64,000 nucleotides of DNA from the NCBI GenBank assembly GCA_964016885.1, contig OZ024740.1, positions 256,122,001-256,186,000 on the forward strand, in the 5' to 3' direction. The notes under the pieces were generated by a model. The model saw only the letters and a list, made by a program, of their open reading frames with translations, made no database searches and had not been told where the DNA came from. Every line of letters begins with the position of its first letter. Position 1 is the first letter of the stretch. Position numbers and translations under genes: made by a program. Source of the stretch: Eledone cirrhosa. Lineage: Eukaryota. Below, in pieces: positions 1 through 13,140 of this stretch.

Positions 1-269
1 GTCCTGACTCTTTTCCTATTACCCACTCTAAGTATTAAGTTCTCTGGTGAGTTATGGTCCACCTGGTATATTACCATACCCTCTTTATTATATATATATA
101 TACCTGTATTTTCGTTGTTTCGGTGTATTTCGTTGCTTTTATGGCCGCCGTTTTCAATTTGTCAAGCTATCTAACGTATGTTAATTACTTATCGACTGCG
201 TTTGTAGAAACTTAACTGTATCTTGTTAGCTTGGCCACCGCCAAACTTTGATTTTAGTAACCTTCCATT

Positions 270-336
<67 letters not shown>

Positions 337-338
337 AT

Positions 339-688
339 ATAAAAGGTAAACATAAATAACAACACAATCGGTACAGTATATAGAAGGGATATATTAGGTT
401 AACGCTTGATATGGCAGGAAGAGAGTCTTAACATTTCGAACGCTAGTCCTTCATCAGAAGAAAGAATGAGAAATAAGCTAGATTGAGTGGCGGGCGGGTT
501 TGTAATGTGAAAACATGGATTTAGATAAAAATAACAGGTCCATTCATGGTGACATCTCTTGAAAAACTGTTCTTGCTGGCGTTTTGCGTATGATTTGTTT
601 TTTTAGAAAAGTGGATGATGGAGCACGTCTACCTGAAATGGAACAAAACCGTTTTGTAAAAAGAGCTATACTTGTGCGCGCACGTAAG

Positions 689-772
<84 letters not shown>

Positions 773-2150
773 ACATCCGTACGAAGCTATGAGGAAATGT
801 GTGTGTATATGTAAGTAAAAGAGTGTGTGTGCATGTAAGTACGAAGGTATGAGCAAAAGTATGTTAATGTAAGTGTGTGCATGTGTGTATAGAGAGCAAC
901 GAAGGGAAAAGTGGAGTGAGCCTATATAGTCGGCATGTATTAGTTGTAAGAGAAGATGTTAATGATCAAGAGAGAGCGATAGGAATCTAGGGGTGAATGT
1001 ACAAGCGCGTGTGATAATGGACGGGGTTTTAAAGAAATTGAGGAGGTAGCTTGTATCCAAGAGGGGAATAGGACCCAAGGCGGTGAATCAGACTTTGTTC
1101 AGTCCAGGTATGAGAGGCCTGTGATCCATGATGTAAACGGACACCCAGGACTGAACATGTTGGGAAGACTGACCACGATAACACAAATGACAGGCGACAG
1201 GAGTATCCAAACCGAGTCGTATGTCCCTCAAATGCTCAGCAAAACGGCCCGCCATACGGCGTCCCGTTTGTCCGATGTATAAAGACCCGCAAAAGGAACA
1301 TCCGAGGGCTTAGACAACGTGGGTGGATGTGCAGGTGAAAGAGTGGCGGATGCGGAAAGACCTGTTAGGGCCTGTAAGAGTGGTGAGGGTGGAATGAAGG
1401 GACAAATGTTGCAGCGGGGACAAGAACAAGGATGTGAACCGGGTAGAGACGTGGGAGAGGACGAGAAGAATCTGTGAACCAGGAGCTCACGGAGGTTGCG
1501 GGCGCGCTCAAAAGCAGTAATGGGTGGGTTTGGAAAAAAGCGAGAAGTGGTGGGGTCAGAAGAGAGGATGAGGAAGGAACGGAGGATATTTCACCGGAGT
1601 GGTAGGGTGTTGGGGTGGTAGGTGAGAGGGAAAGGAACACGGGTGTTGGGAGGGTGGGGATGAGGTGAGCGGGCTGTGGTGCGGTCTGTTTCACGGGCAC
1701 GGGTAAGACCAGCTTGGATCAGGGGGGGGGGGATATCCACGCTGGATGAAGCAGGAAGCCATGTGAAGGGAATGGGTTTCGAAATAGACGTCCTGGGTGG
1801 GTTGGATGGGAGGAGGTGAAGTCGAGGTAAGATTAGGAGGCTGTTGGTTTAATGAAGATGGAAGTAGAGAGGGTGTGGTGAGAGTGATTAATAGATAGAG
1901 AGATATCGAGAAAAGGGACAGAAGAATTGGAGACGGAGGCGGTGAAGGTGAGAGAAGGATAGAAAGATAGGAGAAAAGAAAGAAGGCAGTCGAGAGAGGT
2001 GGCGTCGATAGAGTCGTCGATATTACGACGGTATAGCTCAGGAGTAGGTCCAGCGTACTGGGAGAAGATCCGGGCTTCGACGTAGCCAACAAACAAGTTG
2101 GCATAGTTTGGACCCCTTCTGGTTCCCATCGCTACCCCGGAGGCCTGCTG
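339..2150 (-). mobile_element. Penelope-like retroelement remnant (Neptune-like): RT fragment, GIY-YIG endonuclease and HHR-bearing 3' terminal repeat
   Basis: Minus ORF 1833-2129 has PLE RT motifs (MGTRRGPNYANLFVG, RRNIDD, LTFT, VPFLDI). Manual translation of 1380-1190 gives FTCTSTHVV*ALGCSFCGSLYIGQTGRRMAGRFAEHLRDI, a GIY-YIG motif with an in-frame stop. Bounded by (TA)n/(TG)n tracts. Confidence 0.85.
426..461 (-). ncRNA. Minimal type I hammerhead ribozyme motif in the PLE terminal repeat
   Basis: Minus strand reads UCUU-CUGAUGA-A-GGAC(UAGC)GUUC-GAAA-UG-U-U-AAGA: core, stem II, stem I UCUU/AAGA and the very short stem III typical of PLE HHRs. Confidence 0.75.
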
Positions 2151-2160
2151 GTAAAACCAA

Positions 2161-2231
<71 letters not shown>

Positions 2232-2288
2232 CTTGGTTTTGGGATTTGTTTTGCAAGATTTCTTATCAGAAAACATGTGCTGAAACAG

Positions 2289-2627
2289 ATATTGTCATAA
2301 TTTGGGAGGGTCATGCTGCCAATAAAAATACGCGCATCTGTTGAATTTCACTTCAATTTATTATGAATGTCCGGTTGCTTGGTTGGTTCGATAACCGGAT
2401 GGTTGTTTATTTATTGTCAAAGCTCTTTCGTCACACATTCTGTGACCTCCTCAAAATAAAAATCCAGTCACTGAGGAGGTCAGGGAATGTGTGACGAAAG
2501 AGTTTGACAATATATTAACAACCACCCTGTTATCGAACCAACCAGCCAACCGGAAATATATTGTAAATTGAAGCGAAAATCAGCAGGTGCGTGTGTTTTT
2601 ACTGGTAGCATGACCCTCCCAAAGTAT

Positions 2628-2633
<6 letters not shown>
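2289..2633. repeat. Head-to-head inverted repeat (about 160-bp arms) of an HHR-bearing PLE-type terminal repeat
   Basis: 2289-2453 is a diverged reverse complement of 2472-2633, with an 18-bp spacer. (TA)n tracts lie on both sides. Confidence 0.9.
2467..2508 (+). ncRNA. Type I hammerhead ribozyme motif (mirror copy at 2416-2454 on minus)
   Basis: GUCA-CUGAGGA-G-GUCA(gggaaugug)UGAC-GAAA-GAG-U-U-UGAC. The mirror arm has a 6-bp stem II GUCACA/UGUGAC but is cut at the core. Confidence 0.75.
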
Positions 2634-2681
<48 letters not shown>

Positions 2682-2684
2682 GTG

Positions 2685-4860
2685 TTTGTGATATTGAGTA
2701 AAATTACAGGAGGCCGGACTTCCACGATTTCTCGAAGACATACCGCAGTAGGAATATTCGGTCGTCTGCGCTGGGTCCGGGGTGAAAACTACACTGTTCA
2801 TCAGCTAACTTGGACGCGACAGTCCCCCTGCATCTCTTTGCCAGACATCGAGGCCATTCAACACACACGAGTCACCCAGAAAATACCTTCTTTATTTAAG
2901 GCTTTTCACTCCCCGGGCCGGATTTTATCTTCCCAAGCGGCCTTGCCACACATGATCTCTTTAACTGCTTTTATGACCTCAACCACTGTGAGATTAGTCA
3001 CCGCTCTCAGATAGACGCCATATACATCAGAAGATGCTGTTGTTGAGATCGGATTTAGGAGATCAACAAAGTATTCTCTCCACCTCGCGAGGATGCACCC
3101 CTTTGTAGAAAAATCCCAAACGCGTTCCTGATAGCAGGTGTAGAGATCTTCTTTATAACAAAGTCATCGGATGGTCTAACAGAACACTTTATTTGCTTAT
3201 CTGTAGTCGGATTCCAGCTTAACCCCTTCACTTAGGACGCCTTTACTAACTCTGTTGCGATTTTCTGTGCCTGTTTATACCACAAGTGCAAGGAGGACTT
3301 ACGTCCAAGACATGCTTTGTAGACATACACCTTTGCTCGGATGGCATCTTTGACTTCTTAATTGAACCAAGGAGTCCACCTGTCACCAGGCGCCACACCA
3401 AGCCTCATTCGCTCGCAGCATTTAACAGCTGAAGCAGAAATTGCTGCGCTGAGCAATCTCCACGCTGTTTCAACGTCTTCAGTTTGCTCAGGGATTTCTC
3501 TGAATTTGGATGCAAAAGTATCTGCATATTTGGTCCTGACTTCCGTATCCGCTAGTGTTTTCCACGCTATCCTGCAGGTCACTCTGTACCTGCCAGTTTT
3601 GTGGGCTTCATTGGCTTTAGATAGTCTCATGTTTCAGATAACTATATGGTGATCAGTTGACAGCTCAAAACCCTTCTTAACACCAACATCCAGCACAGAA
3701 TGAAAGATCAGAAGCAATTAAAATATTAATTATTGAACTCTGTCCCTGATTCTCCTTACACCATTCATATATATGGATGTCTCTGTGCTGGAAAAAAGTG
3801 TTCATTTTTTTGCGTGTCCATTGTTAAAACAGAAGTCTAGTAAGGCCTCTCCATTCGTATTTAGATCAGGTTCGCCATTCCTTCCAATCACTCCTTTCCA
3901 TGTCATGTGGTCAATGCCAACATGTGCATTGTTGTCTCTCATCAGAATATATGGCTTATTCTCACCTACATCTAACGCTGCAGTGACTTTATCAAGGAAG
4001 GACCTGTATTCGGACTATTTGTTTGATGCATAAACTTGTACCACCCACAGAGACCTATCTTTTCCCCTAAGCTTTAAGAGGAAAATCCTCCCTCCTAACG
4101 AGATCCAGTCCATAATACATTCTGACAGCCGGGGATTTGTGAGTATCCCCACTCCCGCCTGTGCAGTCATCTCTGGTGCCACACCTGAATAGTGGAGTTT
4201 CCATCGTCCATAGAAAGCTACAGTATCAGAGCCACGTAAATTGTTGAGGTAACCCGAACTATATCTAGCCGGTATCATCTAGCCTCCTCCACTAGTTCCC
4301 GCTCCTTACCTGTAAGGGTTGTGTTATTCCAGGTTCCAGCTCTTAAGGTTTGCTCCCTTCCGGACCCTCTTTGGGGTCTTGAGATACGCAAATTTTGTGC
4401 GTCCATCCCACGCCTCCCAGGAGAAGTCGTAGTCCTATTGCTAGTTTTTGCAGCACGAGATGGAGACTGCAATATATTTTTCGAACAGGCCCTTCTATCT
4501 ATGGTCTGAACGCGTCCCTTGTTATCTTGTGCGAATGACGGTATGGTTCGTTTTTATATTCCTAATAATATTGCAGTTTCAGTTTCCCGCCAGTCACCAA
4601 TCTGGTACGTTGTGAAACCCGCGGAGACTTGGCTTATTCAGAAGCAGCCTTTACTCGCCTCGTCTTAGCTACGTCACTGGATTGTGAGAATTTTCTTGGG
4701 AGTTATAGGTGTCAGCTAATACCCCATCTTCTCTAGTAGTTTACCGTTCTTGGTCTGGCAGTTGCCCGCTGATATCGGAACTACCAATCATATATGGCGG
4801 CCTTAACGCTATCCTCCATCTGCGACCCATTATCTACCATAACAGCTCTGCTGCTGAGAA
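2685..4860 (-). mobile_element. RTE-clade LINE, 5' part (5' UTR, APE endonuclease, start of RT), degenerate
   Basis: ORF fragments LRAGTWNNTTLTGKERELVEEAR, WKLHYSGV..AQAGVGIL, VVQVYA, TPWFN; many frameshifts and stops; same family as 43250-44800. Confidence 0.85.
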
Positions 4861-4874
4861 CATTATAGAGATGA

Positions 4875-5097
4875 ATTTTATTGACGCCGTAAAGAATGAA
4901 AGGCAAAGTTAACTTCGGCAGAATTTGAACTCAGACTGTAAAGGGCCTACGATGCTGCATAGGGTTATGGCACTTTACAGTCTGACGTCAAATATTGCCG
5001 AAGTCAACTTTGCTTTTCACCCTTACGGAGTTTGATAAAATAAAGCACCGGTAATACACTGAGTTAATTGCTGGCCTTATGCCAAAAGTAGAAACAA
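4875..5097. mobile_element. Two head-to-head fragments of tRNA-derived SINE family A
   Basis: 4875-4948 (minus) and 4965-5097 (plus) both carry the aactttgcc/tttttca-ccttacgg-gataaaataaa body; the plus copy ends in gccaaaagtagaaac. Confidence 0.75.
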
Positions 5098-5274
5098 TAT
5101 ATAGATTAATTTAACATTAAATAGTTAACACGCTAAATTAATCGATAGATCGATAGGTGTATGAAGAAAACTACATAACATTGCATAATTATGTATTTCT
5201 CTCTCATCCATCCGTGTCTCCCACAAACACCTCATTCTCCATTCACTTCTTCATACCACCACTAGCATCATTAC

Positions 5275-5570
5275 CTACATGACAACCTCTATCGATATGA
5301 GCATCATTAACACAAACGCCAACATCACCCCCACCGCCACCACTACCAGTTCCAGTACCGCCACCACAAAACCACCACCACCACCACCACACAACCACCA
5401 CCACCACCACCACACAACCACCACCACCACCACCACCACAAGCAACAAACCATCCACCACCAACACCAATAACAACAGCACCAATTTCATCAACACCACT
5501 ACCATATACAGCCTGACCACTACCTCCACTACCACCTTCATTATCGCCACCACTACCCCACCCACATAGA
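5275..5570. repeat. (CAC)n/(CAA)n low-complexity tract
   Basis: Degenerate trinucleotide repeats. Confidence 0.85.
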
Positions 5571-5785
5571 AAAAGCCATCATTACTACCACATCTCTACA
5601 TTTCTATAACCAGAGTCATGGACTTATACACAAAAATGACGACACACACACACACACACATGTATATATAGAAACACATACATACTCACACATATATACA
5701 TACACTCCATATATTACCATTGTCTTTCGCATCATAACACTACACCACACCAACAACATCACTATCACAATACCATATAATCAAC

Positions 5786-6010
5786 ACTTCGTCGGTTATG
5801 ATGACGAGTATTCCAGCTGATTTGATCAACGGAACAGCCTACACATGAAATTAACGTGCAAGTGGCTGAGCATTCCACAGAAGCGTGTTTCCTTAACATA
5901 CTTTTCAGGAAGATTCAGCATGACAGAATTTGACAAAGCTGTCCCTTCGAACTATATGTACAACTCATTTTTGCCAGCTGAATGGACCAAAGCAATGTGA
6001 AATAAAATGA
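5786..6010 (-). mobile_element. SINE family B fragment
   Basis: ttaacgtgcaagtggctgagca...gattcagc.tgac...ctcatttttgcca...tgaaataaa; related copies at 12800-13055, 13330-13610 and 19575-20215. Confidence 0.7.
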
Positions 6011-6434
6011 CAAAAAGCACTACTAAAAGTCGAACGTACGACTTTACTTTCTTGCCGTCACACTCCCCACCTTACACAACATTAATACACCAGAGCGCAC
6101 TACACCTCATTACACCAGACCACAAATACGAACACAACAGCACACCACACTACACTATATCACAGCGACACTACAAACCAACACCATACACCATTTCACC
6201 ACACCACCCTACACCACACTACAGCACACCACACAACACCATGCCACATTACCCCAACTCCCAATTTCTCGTAAAAAATCGGGGGTCAAATGCTGCTGGT
6301 TCGTCATTTGTTAACTAAAACGCCGCCATGTTGACATTAAATTGATAACGTTTTAATGGAGTGTTTGTGTCATGTACGGAGAGAGGGAGTGCTGATGCTG
6401 TGGCTAATGAATTGAGGTGTTCGGGGGTCATGAG

Positions 6435-6487
<53 letters not shown>

Positions 6488-6488
6488 G

Positions 6489-6545
<57 letters not shown>

Positions 6546-6569
6546 CTGTTTCTCTCTTTTTCTCCCCCC

Positions 6570-6664
<95 letters not shown>

Positions 6665-6695
6665 TGTGTGTGTGTCTGTATATATATATATATAC
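6435..6695. repeat. Compound microsatellite (TATC)n-(CT)n-(TA)n-(TG)n
   Basis: Seen directly. Confidence 0.95.
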
Positions 6696-7191
6696 AGACA
6701 AAGGGCGGAAGAACTCATAAGAGTCAACGGCCATACAAAAGTGTGTAAATATGTATATACACATGTACATAAGTATGTATATGTGTATGTGTATATACGT
6801 GGGTACATGTGTGTGTATATGCGCGGGGACATAGAAATAGTCGGGCTGGAGACACGATCGCGCGGTTAAACCACTGGGAGTGAAGGACACCTAGCCTTTG
6901 TCAGGGCATTCTTCTAGGAGAAGGCAACTCAGGAAACTGGGATAACTCCGATATAAAACCTCAGTAGTTACCGATGATGTTGATCTTTTCTTCTTTTCGG
7001 GTTATAGCTACTGTCGCTCAGAGAGTGGGATTGGCTCAGTGCACTGTCTTTCCTCACTTTAAAAAATATCTTCACGCACAGGTATGGTATTGCACGATAG
7101 AATTAATTAATAATTATTAATAATGGTATATCGTGCAATGGCCATACTCGATAACGAGGGAGCAGCCGTCATATATATATATATATATACA

Positions 7192-7444
7192 CGCTGATGA
7201 AGCCGCATAAGCCGATTGTGCATGGTTGCATAATATATGCAGACAGATGGTGCAGGGCACCTTACTGTTGCATTAGTGCTGCAGAAACTCGAGTCCGGGA
7301 ACCTTATAGGTACCCGTTTTACGTGTGTTGTGTTGAGGCAAATAACTATGTGTATACTCTGGTAATGTATCTTACATTGCCCATTGAGTGCGCTGACATA
7401 CAACCGGTACTGGCATTGATAAATATGCTGGGTCCGTCAACCCT

Positions 7445-7450
<6 letters not shown>
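7192..7450 (+). mobile_element. Short non-coding HHR-bearing element between (TA)n tracts (same family as 30967-31810)
   Basis: CUGAUGA at 7194-7200, stem II GCCGCA/UGCUGC around a long insert, GAA-ACUCGAGU-C (palindromic stem III, GUC at 7293-7295). The downstream 150 bp aligns with 31687-31810 and 30970-31125. Confidence 0.75.
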
Positions 7451-7488
<38 letters not shown>

Positions 7489-7503
7489 GTAATAAATATT
7501 TTA

Positions 7504-7550
<47 letters not shown>

Positions 7551-7671
7551 TAGATAGATAATTTAATATATCTACTAACATAAGCGCACAGATGTACGCC
7601 AATGCCAGCAAATACACAGGTTATGTCATAGTACCTAGGTGGTTCGATGCAGGAGAATGCAGAACAATAAT

Positions 7672-8250
<579 letters not shown>

Positions 8251-8393
8251 AGCAAATTCGGCCTACTATATGAATGAGTTAGCAAAGCACTCGACAAGGT
8301 AGGTCCTTAGAGTAATAACATATGTTTAAATAGCTTGACAAATTGAACATTGTGGTAGGCAAAATCTAACACACAATATACCAAAGTAACGAA

Positions 8394-8469
<76 letters not shown>

Positions 8470-8492
8470 AGAGAGAGAGAGAGAGAGAGAAA

Positions 8493-9062
8493 GAGAGGAA
8501 AATCACAGGAGGGTATTTTCATTTAAAGGATTTTAAACCACCAGCGTGAAGAGAATATAAGCTAAGAGAAGTATAGGAAAAAACATTATAATTAAAAGGA
8601 TAAATTAAAATGAAAAACCAACCTTATAACTAAATCGCACTTGTACAACCTCACTAAGAGATTGTTTCATCGTAAGATAGGGGGTTCTAACTCAGCTTTG
8701 TGCTTAGCCGATATTGCCCGCACTACTATAGAGAACTAGAGTAACTGACCTGTAGCCAGTGTAAACAGAAGGGAAATATGTGCGCGAGGCAGTGATCGGT
8801 AGTATGAATAGAACAGTGCGAACAATATCGGCTTAAGCACATGCTGATGGTCCACAAAGCTGAATTGGAACCCACTATCTTACGGTGAAACAATCTCCTT
8901 GTGAGTTTGTACGTGTACGATTAGTTATGAGGGTGGTTTTTCATTTTAATTTATCCTTTTAATTATTATGTTTCTCCTACACCTCTCTTAGATTAAATTC
9001 TCTTCACGCTGGTGGTTAAAATCCTTTAAATGAAAACACACTCTCCTGTGTTTTTCCTCTCT
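8493..9062. repeat. Long inverted repeat (about 230-245-bp arms) with a degenerate HHR in the right arm
   Basis: 8493-8724 is a diverged reverse complement of 8815-9062. 8838-8903 reads CACAUG-CUGAUGG-UCC...GGU-GAAACAAUCUC-CUUGUG. Confidence 0.85.
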
Positions 9063-9177
9063 ATATTGTATTTTTAAGTGCCCAGGAAAACTCTGTCTTT
9101 TGAGCCCATTGAATTACAGGATTATACGCGAGTGCTTTACTCCGTTATTTTACTATATATATATATATATATATATT

Positions 9178-10340
9178 TAAAACACTTCTTTCTCACATTT
9201 AACGAGAAGAGGCATGAGGGGCAGATTTTTTATTTATTTTTTGTTTTTTTCCTATCAGTATTAGGTATGTGACTTGGAGAATAGGAAATATTCTCGAAGA
9301 AGCCGCAATTACGTAAGGTTGTAATATAATAGGTTACCCTATCAAACATATATTTGTTAGAAGAGAGGTTAGAAATCCGCCGAGTAATATTTTGAACTAA
9401 ATGTTTGAAGTCTATAGGGGGTGACAGTTCTTGTGTATGTATTTAGATACTCCCTTCTCCCAGGACACATACACCATCTTTAACTATCATACGGTCAAAA
9501 TAGGATGCTCCTGTGCCAGGAACAAGAAATCACGCCTCCCACATAAGCAACAGAGCCCCAAAGTATATGGATGTTCCTGTAAAAAACCTGAGTCCTACCG
9601 CTTGACCAACAATGCAACACCCCAGCGATAATATACGAAGTTGAGATCACCACACTGAACCAACACCACCAAAACTGGGCCTGGAAATACGTTCGTATCT
9701 CAGAGAGTTGGTTTAAAAATCGCTTCCTCAATCATGAAACGACCTTCAAATACCCAAATAAATGAAGCAACACAAATTTGGCAAATAAAATATGCCAACT
9801 CAAAGACAGAAACATTGACTTCTCCATCAGATGGCAGATACTAGAAGAATCTCGGCCATATATAAATGGGCTCAAGGCCTGCAGATTATGTAATGATGAA
9901 AATTGGTAGATATTGAGTTATCTCCACAACAATAACAATTCACTTAACACATGCACCGAGTTCCTCTCGAGATGTTCTCGTTTTTTAAGTACCTTTTGAA
10001 GAAATGGCCTCCTTAATATCGATTTATATCCTTCTTAACCGATCGATTTTTCTTAACCAATCGATAATTATTAGTCATAATTATTAATTTAGTGTTTGCT
10101 TACCCTTTAAATTTTGTTAGGTCAAATTTTCTCCCTTACACGATCAGGTTAGAATCTTCTCCCCCATTACTTTTCTTTTCGCTCCTATAAGTTAAAACTC
10201 CCCGGTTAATTTTCATCGGCACCGGTTGAACAAGATGGACAATGACCAACGAAACGTACATCGCCTAGTACGTCGCCGTTGTAGTAACTGACCTGAATAA
10301 TTATATTAAACTTACCCTACGGATTTGAGTTACTCTATAC
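9178..10340 (+). mobile_element. Penelope-like element (CxC-linker GIY-YIG type), 5'-inverted, with HHR-bearing 3' end
   Basis: Plus strand 9450-9960 gives IFNYHTVKIGCSCARN, GCSCKKPES, IIYEVEIT, WFKNRFLNHETTF, IRWQILEE, CRLCNDE. Minus strand 9447-9178 gives the upstream RT thumb LKYIHKNCHPP..ITRRISNLSSNK..FSLNV. Homologous to 25650-26828. Confidence 0.85.
10221..10279 (+). ncRNA. Degenerate type I hammerhead ribozyme
   Basis: GAA-ACGUAC(aucgccua)GUACGU-C: perfect 6-bp stem III with GUC site; stem II GAUGG/CCAAC; core mutated (UUGAACA). Confidence 0.6.
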
Positions 10341-10845
10341 CTTGGACTTTTAATAACCTATATATATATCAAATGAACAAATGGAGTTAAAGATTCGCGT
10401 TAATCCTCTGTAATTTAATGAGGTCAATGAATAAGTAGCGGGCTCTTCATAATACAGTATACAGAGAAGAAAGCAAAAAAAAAAATATGTTTTCAATTAC
10501 GAAGGGTAGAGAACCACTAGAGTGAAGAACATAAATTCTACGAAAAGTGTGCAAAATACATAATAATTAAAAAGGTAAATCAAAGTGTACAGACCCACGT
10601 TTATAACTATAAAACACCTAGGCAATCTCAAAGAAGCGAATGTTTCACAATAAACAGTGTTGGTGCCTTAAACTCTCGGGGCTTGTCGGTAGGTGTAAAG
10701 AAGATACGGTCAACACTTCTAAAAAGACTATAGACAACTGAAATGCCGCACATGGTAGGACAATCGAAAACATGCGCGTCAGACAGTACATAGTGGTTTT
10801 GAATGGATCAAGAAACCGCTAGAAATCGCAGCTATATATATATAT

Positions 10846-10905
<60 letters not shown>

Positions 10906-11436
10906 TTGTCCATTGTATTTGGCCAGCATCTGGCCAATCTTACTTGTGGTTCAGCCAGATGTTCACTAGATTATGATATACAGATGTCAATTTTGTTTCG
11001 ATGGCCTCATCATCAAAATGAGAGCAAGATTGTTTTGTTTGATAAGACAAAAAAAAACAAACTTTTTCTTTCTTTCTTTTCTTCTTACTCTCCTTATTTC
11101 TTCTTCACCTCGTTCATTCTTCTCTTCCTCTTTTCCTTTCATTTTCTTTCTTTCTCTGTTTCATTCTATTCTTCCTTCACAGACCTCGTCCTCATTCTAT
11201 CGTATCTCTTTTTACATCTTGTCATTACGTCCTGACTGTCATATTCAAGCTTCTTTCACCTACTTCAGTTCTAGCCTGGCCCGATATTGTCTCCTTCTCT
11301 CTACTTCCTCCTCCTTATTATCTTTTTATCTATAAAAAATAATCTCTCTCCTCTCTCTCTCTTTCTCTCTCTCTCTTTCTCTCTCTCTCTTTCTCTCTCT
11401 CTCTTTCTCTCTCTCTCTTTCTCTCTCTCTCTTACT

Positions 11437-11491
<55 letters not shown>

Positions 11492-12290
11492 TATATACAT
11501 TTACAAAACAGTGTGTGTGTAAATTTACATGATATATAATCATTTTTATTCTTTTCATCCTCCCACCCCATATCTTCCTCTCAGCCTATTTCGATTTTTA
11601 TCACATAATCTATGTACTTAACTGGTTACTCACTTTAAGGCTGCTTGTCAGCCTCTCTGTTTTGCATCTCTCTCTTTCCCTCCCTCGCTCACCATCTCTC
11701 TCTATCTGTCTATCTGTCTGTCCAATAATTTATCCGTCAATCTATCTGTTTATGTATCTGCCTCTCTATTTCTCTGTCTAACTTTCTGTCCTTCTGACTG
11801 TCTCTTTTCTCCAGATCTTGGTCCCTCTCTATCTACCTGCCTCCTTCTACCTCTCCATCTCCCACTCTCTTTCTCTCTCTCTCTCTCTCAAATATATATA
11901 TATATACATATATATCTTTATCTTTCTCTCTCTCTCTATCTACCTATCTTTTCCCTTCCCTCAAAATTGCTAGCCTTGTACCTGATTTAGTAACTGATGT
12001 CGTATGTAATCACAATATCACACCTTATGCTCACTTGGCACATTCGTTTTTGACTATAGAAATATGAAAGGTAATGTTGAACACAGTGGAATTTGAATAC
12101 TCTCCAGCATTATTATTACCCGTTTTGTTACTAAATTTCTAATGAAAAATGTTGCTTATTATTTTTCAAATAATATTGGATTTATTCAAGAATTTTGAGG
12201 GACTTAGTAAAATAACTAACTCTCTAATTACTTGTCCGGTGTTTGGAGCGTAAATTAATAAAGTTCTTCTTCTTCTTCTTCTTCTTCTTC

Positions 12291-12322
<32 letters not shown>

Positions 12323-12799
12323 CTTCTCCAAGCGAGACTAACCAAGCTCATGGATGTTATCCAACCAATATATTTAGGAATATATTTAGAGAAATAAATA
12401 CATCTTAAAACAAACAAATTTGTATCATAGAATTAGAGAATATTTCAGGCGGTTCGACATCAGAATTGTTAATAGTGCATAGGGGAGGATACAATAGAAT
12501 AACATCACCTCCAGTATTTGGCAAGTTGTTCTATCGATGTCGGAGGTTATGTAATAACACGTTTCACTTAACTCCTCAAACAATAGAACCCCTACTTCAA
12601 CCATAAACAAACTTCATTTCTTGTTTAAATAAACACAACCAACTAGCGCAAACAGACCAATTGTAATATCTACAAACAACGATGTCAAATGCCTCTTATC
12701 TCATTTTATTCTCAATAATTTCACCATCTTGAACACGAAACGTATTTACTATAGAAATCACGTTCAACCCTTAAACAACTGTTCTGTGAAGTCATGTGA

Positions 12800-13140
12800 G
12801 TTACGAGATTTCGGCTCACAATCATAAAGTGGTACGTTCGAATCCTGGTGGTGCGTTGTGTTCTTGAGCAGGACACCTTAGTTCACGTTACACCAGGTCA
12901 ACCAAATGGCAAAAATGCGTTGTACCTGTAATGCCAACCTGTCAAACACTGTCACGCTGAATCTCTTTGAGGATTATGTTAATATTGCACATATCTGTGT
13001 AATGTTCAGTCACTTGCGTGTTAGTTACGATTAGTCTGCTTCGTTGATAGAATAACGTACCAGTCAAGTACTAGGTCGAGTTAATCGGTGTTCACCTCAT
13101 CCAAATTGTTGACCATGTACCTTAATTAGAACCAATTATT
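12800..13140 (+). mobile_element. SINE family B copy joined to a SINE family A 3' tail
   Basis: B-box-like gttcgaatcc, tgtgttcttgagcaggacact body; from about 13056 gtaccagtcaagtact...ttagaaccaattatt as in family A. Confidence 0.65.

Noticed and set aside
6252-6428. MITE with ccccaac/gttcgggg ends
   Set aside because: The terminal inverted match is short and imperfect, and no target duplication is evident.
9450-9960. Selenocysteine (UGA) recoding as in Naiad PLEs
   Set aside because: The endonuclease is C-terminal rather than N-terminal, and the stops come with frameshifts, consistent with decay.
12264-12660. LINE 3' end with (GAA)n tail on minus
   Set aside because: The tail is suggestive, but I could not recognise any protein motif to assign it.
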